From Bacteroidota bacterium (GTDB lineage Bacteria; Bacteroidota; Bacteroidia; Bacteroidales; JAAUTT01): DNA of 64,000 bases. Within the stretch, counting starts at the first letter, position 1; every line of letters starts with the position of its first letter. Both the position numbers and the translations under genes were made by a program. The stretch is taken from contig JAEYWD010000094.1 of the NCBI GenBank assembly GCA_023429135.1, positions 66,402-130,401 on the forward strand, in the 5' to 3' direction. The notes under the pieces were generated by a model. The model had not been told where the DNA came from and did no database searches. It was given only the letters and a program-made list of their open reading frames with translations. Below, one piece after another: positions 9,905 to 18,662 of this stretch.

Positions 9905-10747
9905 TTAATTATCCTGCACATAAACCTTTACCGCCGGCCGGTGTCCCTTAAGGGGATGTTCATCGTAGATGCTCGCACTCATCCATTTATAACTCACTTT
10001 TTCGGGAGTAAAATTAAAACTTATGTGAGGATCTTTCCTGGCCTCTTTCAGGCTTCTGCTTTCAATCCGGTTTCCTGCAACAGCAATATCTACAATAAAT
10101 CCCGTTGATGGTATTTTATTACAATACTTTGAAACATCTATTCTCAGCCAGCCAGTTTTTGTGGGGTGAACAATAATATTTTCACCTATCAGATCCTCCC
10201 CGTAAGTTCTTAATGAAGTATCTGGTTTCAATATTCGTAAATTGATCACCAAATCTTTCCCTTTAATCTCAGAAATATTCACTGCTATTGAATTAATATT
10301 TGCGCTTCTGCCATAAGGGAAATAAACTCTAAACCAGCCAAAATTGTAACTAACCATAAGCGAATTAACAATAAAGCTATTCCTCTTGCTTCCAATATTT
10401 ATTTCTTTAATAGGTTTATTAAAAACCACAACTGGACCTAATTGGACCACTTTAGGGATAATCCTGATTTCAGACATATTAGTTGGCATAGCAACTATGG
10501 TATCCCGGAATCCCACACTTGAAATTAATAATTGACGAGTCGAAAAGACAGAAGGAATATCCAATCTGAAATTACCCAAAGAATCGCTTAGCGTTCCTTT
10601 ATCGGTTTTGTAAATCATCACATAGGCGAATGGAACACCCTGATTATAAGCCTCATCTACAATCTTACCTCTGATAACCAACTCTTGAGAAATAGCACTA
10701 ACAATTAAATCATTTTGTGCCTGGATAACCGGGAATTTATAAACCAA
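9905..10747 (-). CDS. CarboxypepD_reg-like domain protein, probably frameshifted at its signal peptide
   Basis: 'VIRGKIVDEAYNQGVPFAYVMIYKTDKGTLSDSLGNFRLDIP' matches the carboxypeptidase-regulatory-like beta-sandwich pattern. The listed ORF starts at a TTG and has no signal peptide. An out-of-frame ATG at 10782 encodes 'MRNLTLLFYFVF', and a T6 run (A6 on the + strand, 10746..10751) lies between the two frames. See findings. Confidence 0.55.
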   Translation of the reverse strand: MVYKFPVIQAQNDLIVSAISQELVIRGKIVDEAYNQGVPFAYVMIYKTDKGTLSDSLGNFRLDIPSVFSTRQLLISSVGFRDTIVAMPTNMSEIRIIPKVVQLGPVVVFNKPIKEINIGSKRNSFIVNSLMVSYNFGWFRVYFPYGRSANINSIAVNISEIKGKDLVINLRILKPDTSLRTYGEDLIGENIIVHPTKTGWLRIDVSKYCNKIPSTGFIVDIAVAGNRIESRSLKEARKDPHISFNFTPEKVSYKWMSASIYDEHPLKGHRPAVKVYVQDN

Positions 10748-10900
10748 AAAACAAAGTAAAATAGCAGAGTCAGGTTACGCATAAAGATAAACTCGTATTA
10801 ATTTTGTTGAATTTTTTGGGTATAAAACAAGGTTAGAAAAATCCTTATGGGGTGCAAACTTATAGTTGGTGAATTGAACTGTAAAAGAAAGTAAATCGAA

Positions 10901-10953
10901 AAGACACAAAGGCATCAAGAAAATGATACTTTGTGCCTTCGTGTCTTTGTGTT
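10901..10953. repeat. imperfect hairpin built from CACAAAG/CACGAAG-type units; probable terminator 3' of the GH2 gene
   Basis: The left arm is 'AAGACACAAAGGCA'. The right arm 'TGCCTTCGTGTCTTTGTGTT' ends 10 nt before the GH2 stop codon at 10963. The 3' arm 'GTGTCTTTGTGTTCA(A/G)ATT' recurs at 25964..25985. Confidence 0.6.
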
Positions 10954-10962
10954 CAAATTCAA

Positions 10963-13557
10963 CTATATCTCATCCAGTTTTATCATTTTCAGGTTGGAAG
11001 TGAATTCCTTCAAATCCATTTCGTGCGCAGGTGTAAAAGTAACCTTAACAATTTGCCCCGGAAGAATGTCAAAATAATTATCGCTGAAGAAACCATCGCC
11101 ACTTTCGAGACTCATGTATAGATTTTTGATAAGTTTTGGCGACGACAGGTTGAGAATAAATGTTCCGTTTTCTTCCTTTATTTCACTGATTACTGAAGTC
11201 TTTGGTAAACTAAGATCTTTAGGAGGCAGAAAATACAGAATATTGGAGCTCAAAACCTGATCACCTTCTTTTACTTCGGTGTACAGCAACGATGTTTTCA
11301 AAGCTGACGCAGGAACAATATTGGCAAGATCGTTGTTAAAAAACTCCTTACTGCTGTTTGGTTCAAGCGTCGCGGGGATGTTTTTTTCAAACAACACTTT
11401 TCCTGAAAAGTCAATTACTTTCAGAACCAGGTTGGTTTGCTTCTGCTCAAAAAGATCGTTCACAACATAAACGCTGATTCTGGAAGAGTCTTTGTTGGGC
11501 GATACCAACACATCCGAAAAAGCTTTTTTTGTGTAATACATCTGTGCTTTCCAGCGGCGGTAATAGTCGGTACTACTCCACGATGCTACCGGCCAGCAGT
11601 CATTAATCTGCCAGAACAGTGTTCCCATACAGTAAGGCTTTGCGCGACGGTGCGCTTCCATAGCGAATTTTATACCTTCGGCCTGCAATACTTGTCCCAC
11701 GTAGAGGAATTTGCGGAAGTCGGTTGGAACTTTATAGTCGCGCTGCATATAGTTTTTAATGGTTCCGTTTCCGATAGAAGAACGCTGATGAGCTTTCATT
11801 ACATCCGAGAAAATATCGTAATCGGAAGGAATGGTATAAGTTCTAACGGTATTGAATTCGGGGAACGACTGAAAGCCGTATTCACTCATAAACCGACCGA
11901 TGTTGGTTTCGTATTCTTCAAAAGGCTTCTGGCCCCACCATACATCCCAGTAATGAACATCGCCGCTGTGCGCTTTCAGGTCGGAATGCTTTTTCCAGCC
12001 AGCTATAGGAGATGATGGCCAGTAGAATTTGTCGGGATCGTATTCTGCAACCACTTTTAACAAGATTGCATGGAAGATGGTATCGTAAGCATGCCAGATG
12101 GCTTTGCGCTGCTCTGCATTATATTGTTGTTTCCAGCCCCAGCCACCTTTTTCGTTGAACTCCTGCCAGGCCACATCAATTTCGTTGTTTCCGCACCATA
12201 GAGCAACAGACGGGTGATTACGCAACCTTTTCACATTGTCGATGGCTTCTAGACGTACATTCTCCAGGAAAGCATCGTCGCCGGGGTACATGCTGCATGC
12301 GAACATAAAATCCTGCCACACCAGAATACCATATTTGTCGCACAAATCGTAAAAAACATCATTTTCGTAAATACCACCGCCCCAAACGCGGAGCATGTTC
12401 ATCTTCGTATCGTAAGCAGACTTAACAACTTTTTCATATTCAGCAGGTGATACACGCGGTAGGAAGTTATCGTTGGGAATATAATTGGCACCTTTCATAA
12501 ATACAGGCTTGCCATTCAATTCCACATAAAAACTCTTACCCAGCGAATCGGGCTCCTGAACAATTTTAACGGTGCGTATTCCGATATTAGCTTCCTTGTT
12601 ATCGATCACCACGTCATCAATTTTAAGGTTTCCGGTGAGACTATAGATAAAAGCCTCTCCTAATCCGTTGGTCCACCACAATTTGGGATTATTTACAGTA
12701 AGATTAACCTCACCTTTGCATAAACCAGGCTTCAGGCTTATAGAACCGGTTGCCCTGATGGAAGAATCGTTACTGCAAAAAACTTCGAGATCGGCGCTTC
12801 CGTTCGCGGATGACTGGACTTCGAAAACAGCTTTCAGAGTAGCTTTATTTGCTGCAACCGATTGCTGAATAATTTGCAAATTATTAATGCGTGCATTATT
12901 CCAGGCCTTAAGAGAAACGGGCCGCCAAATTCCCGAAGTAACAAATCGTGGTCCCCAGTCCCAACCATAGTGATATCCGGCTTTGCGGGTGAATACGCTT
13001 ACTCTTTTGTCACCAAGACCGCCATTTTCGCTTTGATCGTTCGAAGCAGGCAGACCATAGCCGAATTTCTCCAGTTCTTTTAAGCCTATCTTAATGGGAG
13101 AGTGGAAATATATCTTCAGGATATTATCGCCTACCTTCAGAAAATTCTTGCAGTCCACATTCCATTCACGAAACATGTTATCGGATTTCAGCACCAGCGA
13201 GTCGTTCATATAAACATCGGCGTAGGTGTCGAGACCCTTAAAGCAAAGTTCAATATTTTCGCGCTGCAGTATTGTACTGTCAACTTTGATAGTATTCTGA
13301 TAAATCCAGTCTTTTTTGTCGATCCATTGCAGATTTTTCTCGTTTGTGCGATAAAACGGATCTTCTATCTTCTTATTCATCAAAAGATCGGTATGCACTG
13401 TTCCAGGAATTTGGGCAGGCAACCATTCTCCCGAATCGGCCTGCTTGAACTGCCATCCGGATGAAAGATCCATACTGGTGACAGGAGCGACTTCTTTCAT
13501 CTTACTGCAGGAGATGATTGTGAGTCCGAGTAACAGCAATAAATAGTAGTGGTTCAT
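10963..13557 (-). CDS. beta-mannosidase (glycoside hydrolase family 2)
   Basis: The start was moved to the ATG at 13557, giving 'MNHYYLLLLLGLTIISCS', a lipoprotein-type signal. The GH2 mannosidase layout is present: 'GYHYGWDWGPR', 'WQDFMFACSMYP', 'LWCGNNE' and 'MSEYGFQSFP'. Confidence 0.85.
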   Translation of the reverse strand: MNHYYLLLLLGLTIISCSKMKEVAPVTSMDLSSGWQFKQADSGEWLPAQIPGTVHTDLLMNKKIEDPFYRTNEKNLQWIDKKDWIYQNTIKVDSTILQRENIELCFKGLDTYADVYMNDSLVLKSDNMFREWNVDCKNFLKVGDNILKIYFHSPIKIGLKELEKFGYGLPASNDQSENGGLGDKRVSVFTRKAGYHYGWDWGPRFVTSGIWRPVSLKAWNNARINNLQIIQQSVAANKATLKAVFEVQSSANGSADLEVFCSNDSSIRATGSISLKPGLCKGEVNLTVNNPKLWWTNGLGEAFIYSLTGNLKIDDVVIDNKEANIGIRTVKIVQEPDSLGKSFYVELNGKPVFMKGANYIPNDNFLPRVSPAEYEKVVKSAYDTKMNMLRVWGGGIYENDVFYDLCDKYGILVWQDFMFACSMYPGDDAFLENVRLEAIDNVKRLRNHPSVALWCGNNEIDVAWQEFNEKGGWGWKQQYNAEQRKAIWHAYDTIFHAILLKVVAEYDPDKFYWPSSPIAGWKKHSDLKAHSGDVHYWDVWWGQKPFEEYETNIGRFMSEYGFQSFPEFNTVRTYTIPSDYDIFSDVMKAHQRSSIGNGTIKNYMQRDYKVPTDFRKFLYVGQVLQAEGIKFAMEAHRRAKPYCMGTLFWQINDCWPVASWSSTDYYRRWKAQMYYTKKAFSDVLVSPNKDSSRISVYVVNDLFEQKQTNLVLKVIDFSGKVLFEKNIPATLEPNSSKEFFNNDLANIVPASALKTSLLYTEVKEGDQVLSSNILYFLPPKDLSLPKTSVISEIKEENGTFILNLSSPKLIKNLYMSLESGDGFFSDNYFDILPGQIVKVTFTPAHEMDLKEFTSNLKMIKLDEI

Positions 13558-13712
13558 CCGAACATAATTATTTTTTATAGGTCGGATGCCGCTAGCAAGT
13601 TGCTTTTGTTCATGTACGTTTAGTTTGCCTTGTTTGTGAGAATGCTGACGCTTAGTTGTGTTTTGGCAATAACATGCTCGGTTCATAAAGTAATTAAGGT
13701 TAAGTTTGACAT

Positions 13713-15617
13713 TCATTTTCTTTTAAGAAAAAATTTTGTAGAAGGCTTAGGGATATAATTATCTTCGATAAACGACATAAAACCCAGCAAGGCACCCCAG
13801 TGATAAAAAGGATCGCTGTTGTTTACGTCGTCAGAATAGCCGGTAATAGCATTGTAATTTTCGTAAACCCCACCTTTTTCGAGCCAGTTTTGGAGCAACA
13901 GGTTATACGATTTTTTAATCAGATCTTTACGGGCATCAGGAAGGTTGTAATTAGATATTCCCACATAAACGAGGAAATTCATAGGAGCCCAGATGCGTCC
14001 TCTCCAGTAGTTCTGGTCGGTAAAAGCCGGATCGTTGCGCGAAATACTTGGAATTACCCATTCGCTGTAAAACTCTCCGGGGTTAAAGTAATGCTCTTTC
14101 ATCATTCTTTCGGCCTGACTTTGGCTGGGAAGACCTGTTAGCAGCGGATAAAAATTTGTGGGAGACAGTCTGTTGCTGAATGTATTATTATCAGTCCGTT
14201 TATTGAGATAAATACCTTTTTCTTCACTCCAGAGATCTTTCAGGACCTTTGAATAAGTTTCGGCACGAGCTCTCAGTTCTTTGGCGTCTTCTTTTTTCCC
14301 AAGAAGTTCAGCAATTTCCGAAAGATTCTGACAATCCCAGATATACATTGAAGTGAGACCTACATCGGCAAGTTCCAGCACATGTTTACTCTTGTTAAAA
14401 GGAACATTGTCGTACATAGGCGAATTATCCAGTCCCGATTCGTACATGGCTGCCTGGAGATTATTTGATTCGAAAGCATACGATGGATCGTTCACCGGAT
14501 TTGATCCCCAACTCAGGAATCCGTCGTTGTCGCGATTTTTAGGCCACCAGCGGTTCCAGGTAAGAAGTTCGTCGTAGGTTTCCTTTAGAAACCAATCTTC
14601 GCCAAAACGTTTATAAATTTCCTTCACAATAAAACTGCCCACAGGAGGCTGACTTCTGTCCAGAGAAACTTTACCGTATGATGCAGCAAAATTCGGAATA
14701 AAACCTCCTTCAGTAATCGACTTTGTTATTTCAACGGCATTTGCATAGGCAAGGTCTTTGTTGAAGAGTGAAAACATGTAGCTGACAAAATAAGTATCCC
14801 AATCGAACAATACATAACCACCCCAGGTTGAATTCCACGAACGGCTTACAGGGGTAATCACCCTTTTGTTCTGCGGATCGTAAATGGTGTTCCATCCCAA
14901 AACCGACGACATTGTGCGGTACACTTCCGAAAGGCCCTCGTACAGCATGGCTTCGCGCTCCATATTATTTCTTTTGGTTTCCACAAACGAGCGGATATCT
15001 TCCATACTCATCGGGTTGCCGGCATACAGACCTACTTCGCCCTCTAACGGGATAGCCAGGTATGGCGTATTTGTGGGAATATAATCCACTGTTTGTTTGT
15101 TAGGAGAGCCAATAATCATGGTTTTACTTCCGGCTTCTGCAATAATCTGATTACCCGAAAGTGATAATCTGCCCGGATAATTCCATAACATTCCGCTTTC
15201 TACTATGATATTGGGGACTTTTTGAGTTACCTTCATAGCAGTGATAAGGGCCACCCACTGGTCACCTTTTGCAGCGGTTTGGATCCTGAAAGTATTATTG
15301 CTCCATTCCACAAGTACTTCGGTATAACTTCCGTCAGCGGCGTGCCATCCGGGAGTAAGTTTCTCAGGTCTACCTTCACGTACGCGAAACGATTCTTTCA
15401 AATATGAATTTCCGTTAGCAGTATTGTTAAAGCAAATGTTTACGGCGATAGCCTCAGGCATAAGTACATGCGAAAACATACTTTCGGTATTCCAGGTATT
15501 CCAACCATTTGCCAATGAGCTTTGTAATGATTTATATTTTTCGCTGTAAGGAGTAACTTGAGCAAAAACGCGAACACTTGCAAGAAGAACAAGAATAGCT
15601 ATAATTGAATGCTTCAT
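13713..15617 (-). CDS. secreted six-hairpin (alpha/alpha)6 glycoside hydrolase, GH63/MGH1-like
   Basis: 634 aa with the signal peptide 'MKHSIIAILVLLASVRVFAQ'. Motifs typical of the GH63/GH37-clan catalytic barrel are present: 'FDWDTYF', 'DNSPMYD' and 'YWRGRIWAPMNFLVY'. The family assignment rests on motif memory alone, and the substrate is unknown. Confidence 0.55.
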   Translation of the reverse strand: MKHSIIAILVLLASVRVFAQVTPYSEKYKSLQSSLANGWNTWNTESMFSHVLMPEAIAVNICFNNTANGNSYLKESFRVREGRPEKLTPGWHAADGSYTEVLVEWSNNTFRIQTAAKGDQWVALITAMKVTQKVPNIIVESGMLWNYPGRLSLSGNQIIAEAGSKTMIIGSPNKQTVDYIPTNTPYLAIPLEGEVGLYAGNPMSMEDIRSFVETKRNNMEREAMLYEGLSEVYRTMSSVLGWNTIYDPQNKRVITPVSRSWNSTWGGYVLFDWDTYFVSYMFSLFNKDLAYANAVEITKSITEGGFIPNFAASYGKVSLDRSQPPVGSFIVKEIYKRFGEDWFLKETYDELLTWNRWWPKNRDNDGFLSWGSNPVNDPSYAFESNNLQAAMYESGLDNSPMYDNVPFNKSKHVLELADVGLTSMYIWDCQNLSEIAELLGKKEDAKELRARAETYSKVLKDLWSEEKGIYLNKRTDNNTFSNRLSPTNFYPLLTGLPSQSQAERMMKEHYFNPGEFYSEWVIPSISRNDPAFTDQNYWRGRIWAPMNFLVYVGISNYNLPDARKDLIKKSYNLLLQNWLEKGGVYENYNAITGYSDDVNNSDPFYHWGALLGFMSFIEDNYIPKPSTKFFLKRK

Positions 15618-15828
15618 TTATATTTTGGAAATATGAGTTGTATTACAAAGTAACAAAATAATATAAAGGCTCCAACAATAGGACTGTTAAAAAGATGGGA
15701 GCCTCAGCAAAAGTTTTTACGCATGGTTTAAAGACGATTAATATAACTATTCCTAAATTGTTGCGAAGGGAGGCAAATTACTTATAAAACACCATTGAAG
15801 CCATTTACTACTAAGAAGTATTACCCAA

Positions 15829-16100
15829 TCAAAAAAGGTCTGAATGTGTACCGGTACGAACGAGGGTAATTTCATTATTAGTTACAGTAAACCAAATAAT
15901 TAACCAGTCAGGTTCAATATGAGCTTCGTAATGATTTTTGTAATCTCCTTTAAGTAAATGAGTTTTGTATTTAGAAACAGGTAAAGTTCCCGTATCTTCA
16001 AGTATAATGAAAGCTTAGTGAAGTTTTTGGATGTCGTATCTTCTTTTTAGAACTCTTTATAATCTTTCTTGAATTGAGTTGAAAAACTCAGGATATACAT
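15829..16100 (-). pseudogene. decayed YafQ/RelE-family type II toxin (one frameshift and one in-frame TAA)
   Basis: My translation runs as follows. The ATG at 16100 gives 'MYILSFSTQFKKDYKEF', ending at a TAA at 16047..16049. A 1-nt frame shift near 16050..16056 then continues as 'VLKRRYDIQKLH', ending at a TAA at 16015..16017. After that comes 'AFIILEDTGTLPVSKYKTHLLKGDYKNHYEAHIEPDWLIIWFTVTNNEITLVRTGTHSDLF' and a stop at 15829..15831. The C-terminal 'EAHIEPDWLIIW...LVRTGTHSDLF' is the YafQ/RelE signature. The total span of 272 nt is not a multiple of 3. Confidence 0.75.
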
Positions 16101-16104
16101 ATAG

Positions 16105-16311
16105 CTAGGAGTTCAATTTCTTAATTAAATCATCCACGTTCGCCGATTTGATCACCTTTCCGGCTTCAGCATCACGCATCGCCTTCAGAGTAGTTTTATT
16201 AGGAGTTTTGGCTTCCTCAAACCTAATAAAACTTTCCCCCTGAAACTTTTTCAGGAACTCTAAAAGACTCTTGCCTTTCGGGGTACGTTCGTTAATGGTT
16301 ATAGTTGTCAT
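16105..16311 (-). CDS. type II antitoxin (RelB/DinJ-like partner of YafQ-type toxins)
   Basis: 68 aa. The stop is 4 nt upstream of the decayed toxin's ATG. The C-terminal 'PNKTTLKAMRDAEAGKVIKSANVDDLIKKLNS' resembles the antitoxin tails paired with YafQ/RelE toxins in Bacteroidota. Confidence 0.6.
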   Translation of the reverse strand: MTTITINERTPKGKSLLEFLKKFQGESFIRFEEAKTPNKTTLKAMRDAEAGKVIKSANVDDLIKKLNS

Positions 16312-16394
16312 AAAATCAAAATTTCAAGCAAATATACCAAAATCATTCCATCTAACCGCAGATTTTCCAGTTTTAGAAAGCTGTAAGTATGGCG

Positions 16395-17414
16395 CTATAA
16401 AGACGATTCCCTGATGATTAATTCATGTCTGATAACAATTGAGCGCGTAATTTGAGATCCCTGCTTTCTGCTCAGCCGGTCGATAAGGGTTTGAGCCGTT
16501 ATTTGTCCCATTTCAAAACCTTTATAATCCACTGTGGTGAGATGTGGCTCTATTACACTGGAGATATAGTCGTTGTTAAAACCGGCAAAAGCAATATCAT
16601 CGGGTATCCGGATATTACTTTTACGAAGGGCGATCATGCAGCTCACGGCACACGAGTCGTTTGCTACAAAAACAGCATCGGGTTTGAGATTCATATCAAG
16701 GATTTTAGCTGCCACCCCTGTTCCAGCATCACGACTTAAGTCGGTAACAAACAGGTTAGAAGGATTGAATTCAACACTGTGATCTCTTAGAGCCTGTAAA
16801 AAGCCATTGTAACGATCGCGGTAAACATTACGGGCAAGATTACCGGTAACATGCACCAGATTTGTGCAACCTTTCATTAACAGATGAGAGGTTACCTCTT
16901 GAGCTGCCTTATAGTTATCGATAACGATGGTGGGGCAATCCTCCAGGTCGGCCACCCGGTCGAAAAACAAAACAGGTGTCCCTTTTTTAATAAAAGGTCT
17001 GAAATGTTCGGGCGACTGGGTATTTGATGCCAAAGAAACCATCAACCCGTCTACCCGGTTGTTGAACAAGGTACGGGCATTCACCTTTTCCTTATCCTCC
17101 GATTCAAGCGACTGACTAATAATCAAATTATAACCTGCTTCGTTAACAACCTTTTCAATGCCGGCAATTACATCCGACATAAACATGCTGTTCAGCCTTG
17201 GAACTATCAACCCAAGAGTATTGGTGCGGTTGTTTCGTAAACTGCTTGCAAAGGTGTTCATCTGGTAGCCCATTTCGGCGGCGGTTTCCAGAATTTTCTT
17301 TTTGGTTTTCTCTGTAATGGCAGGATGATTTTTAAGCGCACGACTTACCGTAGCCGTGGAGACATTCAGCTTACGGGCAATATCGTAAATGGTAACTTCT
17401 CTGTTGTTTGCCAT
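16395..17414 (-). CDS. LacI family transcriptional regulator
   Basis: 339 aa. The N-terminal HTH 'VTIYDIARKLNVSTATVSRALKNHP' is followed by a periplasmic-binding-protein-like sugar-binding core. Confidence 0.9.
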   Translation of the reverse strand: MANNREVTIYDIARKLNVSTATVSRALKNHPAITEKTKKKILETAAEMGYQMNTFASSLRNNRTNTLGLIVPRLNSMFMSDVIAGIEKVVNEAGYNLIISQSLESEDKEKVNARTLFNNRVDGLMVSLASNTQSPEHFRPFIKKGTPVLFFDRVADLEDCPTIVIDNYKAAQEVTSHLLMKGCTNLVHVTGNLARNVYRDRYNGFLQALRDHSVEFNPSNLFVTDLSRDAGTGVAAKILDMNLKPDAVFVANDSCAVSCMIALRKSNIRIPDDIAFAGFNNDYISSVIEPHLTTVDYKGFEMGQITAQTLIDRLSRKQGSQITRSIVIRHELIIRESSL

Positions 17415-17457
17415 CTCTTTAAAAAAGATTGGTAAAGTAAACAGAAATTAAACAAAT

Positions 17458-17473
17458 ATGCAACTGGTTGCAT
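17458..17473. promoter_or_regulatory. candidate LacI-family operator (ATGCAACTGGTTGCAT)
   Basis: A 16-bp palindrome that is imperfect only at its centre, 44 bp upstream of the lacI-family gene start. It follows the TGnAAC-CG-GTTnCA style of LacI-family operators. A near-identical second copy lies at 17680..17695. Confidence 0.55.
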
Positions 17474-17610
17474 AAAATTAGTCAATAGCTTTTGATCCAT
17501 GGTCAATAGCTAATTCAGTTCGTACGCTCGGCGTAGTCACATTCGGCTGGAAGCTGGCAAAAGCAGACTTATTGAGACGCTAAGCTTAACAGAGTTTTTC
17601 CTTTGCATTT

Positions 17611-17641
17611 GGCTGTGGTCTGAAGTCCGTCGTCTGTGGAC
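17611..17641. repeat. CTGTGG/CCACAG-rich 31-nt intergenic repeat (GGCTGTGG-N14-TCTGTGGAC)
   Basis: A same-orientation relative lies at 7499..7529 (GGCTGTGG-N14-TCTGTCGAC). The 3' 21 nt (17622..17642) recur as a 20/21 inverted copy at 19875..19895. Confidence 0.7.
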
Positions 17642-17679
17642 CTTTCTTTTCAATATTTCACACCCCTGAAAATTAATCT

Positions 17680-17695
17680 ATGTAACCGGTTGCAT
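17680..17695. promoter_or_regulatory. candidate LacI-family operator (ATGTAACCGGTTGCAT)
   Basis: A near-perfect palindrome with a central CG, 50 bp upstream of the SDR gene ATG and about 18 bp upstream of the candidate -7 box at 17713..17720. Confidence 0.55.
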
Positions 17696-17712
17696 AAATT
17701 AAATCAATTTTC

Positions 17713-17720
17713 TACTTTTG
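17713..17720 (+). promoter_or_regulatory. candidate Bacteroidota -7 promoter box (TACTTTTG, matching TAnnTTTG)
   Basis: The sequence matches the TAnnTTTG consensus and lies 25 bp upstream of the ATG at 17745. Confidence 0.4.
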
Positions 17721-17744
17721 ACCTTTGAATAAAAACTATAAGGG

Positions 17745-18512
17745 ATGAAAACAGAAAGAGAATTTCTTTCTATCGATAACAAACTTATTCTTATAACGGG
17801 CGGAGGAACAGGTCTGGGGCTTGCCATGGCCAAAGCTTTTTTAAGCGTCGGTGCGAGGGTGATTATTACCGGAAGAAGGATGGATGTGTTGCTTAAGGCG
17901 GCTAAAGATCTTGGAGGAAATATTTTTACTGAATCTTTTGATATCACAAGGTTTAAAGCTATTCCAAACTGGATTAACTGCCTGGAACAAAAATACGGAG
18001 CTATTGATGTTCTGGTTAATAATGCAGGAATTCATATCAAAAAGGAAATTTTAGAGTATACCGATGAAGATTTCCATAATGTAATCCAAACCAACCAGGA
18101 AGCAGCGTTTATTCTATCGCGCGAGGTTGCCCGGGCAATGTCAGTGCGTAAGTCAGGAAATATCCTTTTTATAAGCTCCATGGCATCGCAATACGGCATA
18201 CCAAAAGTAATTGGTTACACGGCTGCAAAATCGGCCGTAGAAGGTATGACCCGTGCCATGGCCGTTGAACTCTCGCCGCTGGGAATTCGTGTTAACTGTA
18301 TTGCTCCTGGATTTATCCGCACCGATATGTCGGCAGGTGCTCTGGATAAAGATCCTGAACGAAAAGCAAAAGTTCTGGGACGCACTCCAATGGGCGACTT
18401 GGGTTCTCCCGACGATGTTGCGAATGCAGCGGTGTTTTTATGCTCCCAGGCTGCTAAATACATTACAGGAGTTGTGTTGCCGGTGGATGGTGGAAATTCT
18501 ATCGGATTTTAA
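17745..18512 (+). CDS. SDR family oxidoreductase (KduD / gluconate-5-dehydrogenase-like; possibly fructuronate/mannonate-linked)
   Basis: 255 aa. It has the 'TGGGTGLG' cofactor loop, 'NNAG', and the catalytic 'S...YTAAK' (YxxxK). Confidence 0.85.
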   Translation: MKTEREFLSIDNKLILITGGGTGLGLAMAKAFLSVGARVIITGRRMDVLLKAAKDLGGNIFTESFDITRFKAIPNWINCLEQKYGAIDVLVNNAGIHIKKEILEYTDEDFHNVIQTNQEAAFILSREVARAMSVRKSGNILFISSMASQYGIPKVIGYTAAKSAVEGMTRAMAVELSPLGIRVNCIAPGFIRTDMSAGALDKDPERKAKVLGRTPMGDLGSPDDVANAAVFLCSQAAKYITGVVLPVDGGNSIGF

Positions 18513-18662
18513 ACACAGACTCTTCATTAAGAAAATGGAATATAGAAAAGTTATTACACCGAGAACCACTGAGGAGGCACGGAGAACCACAGAGTTATGC
18601 TACCCTTTTCAGGACTCAAAGTAAGCTTTGAACTTAAATTCAAGCTATCAAACAAAAATATT

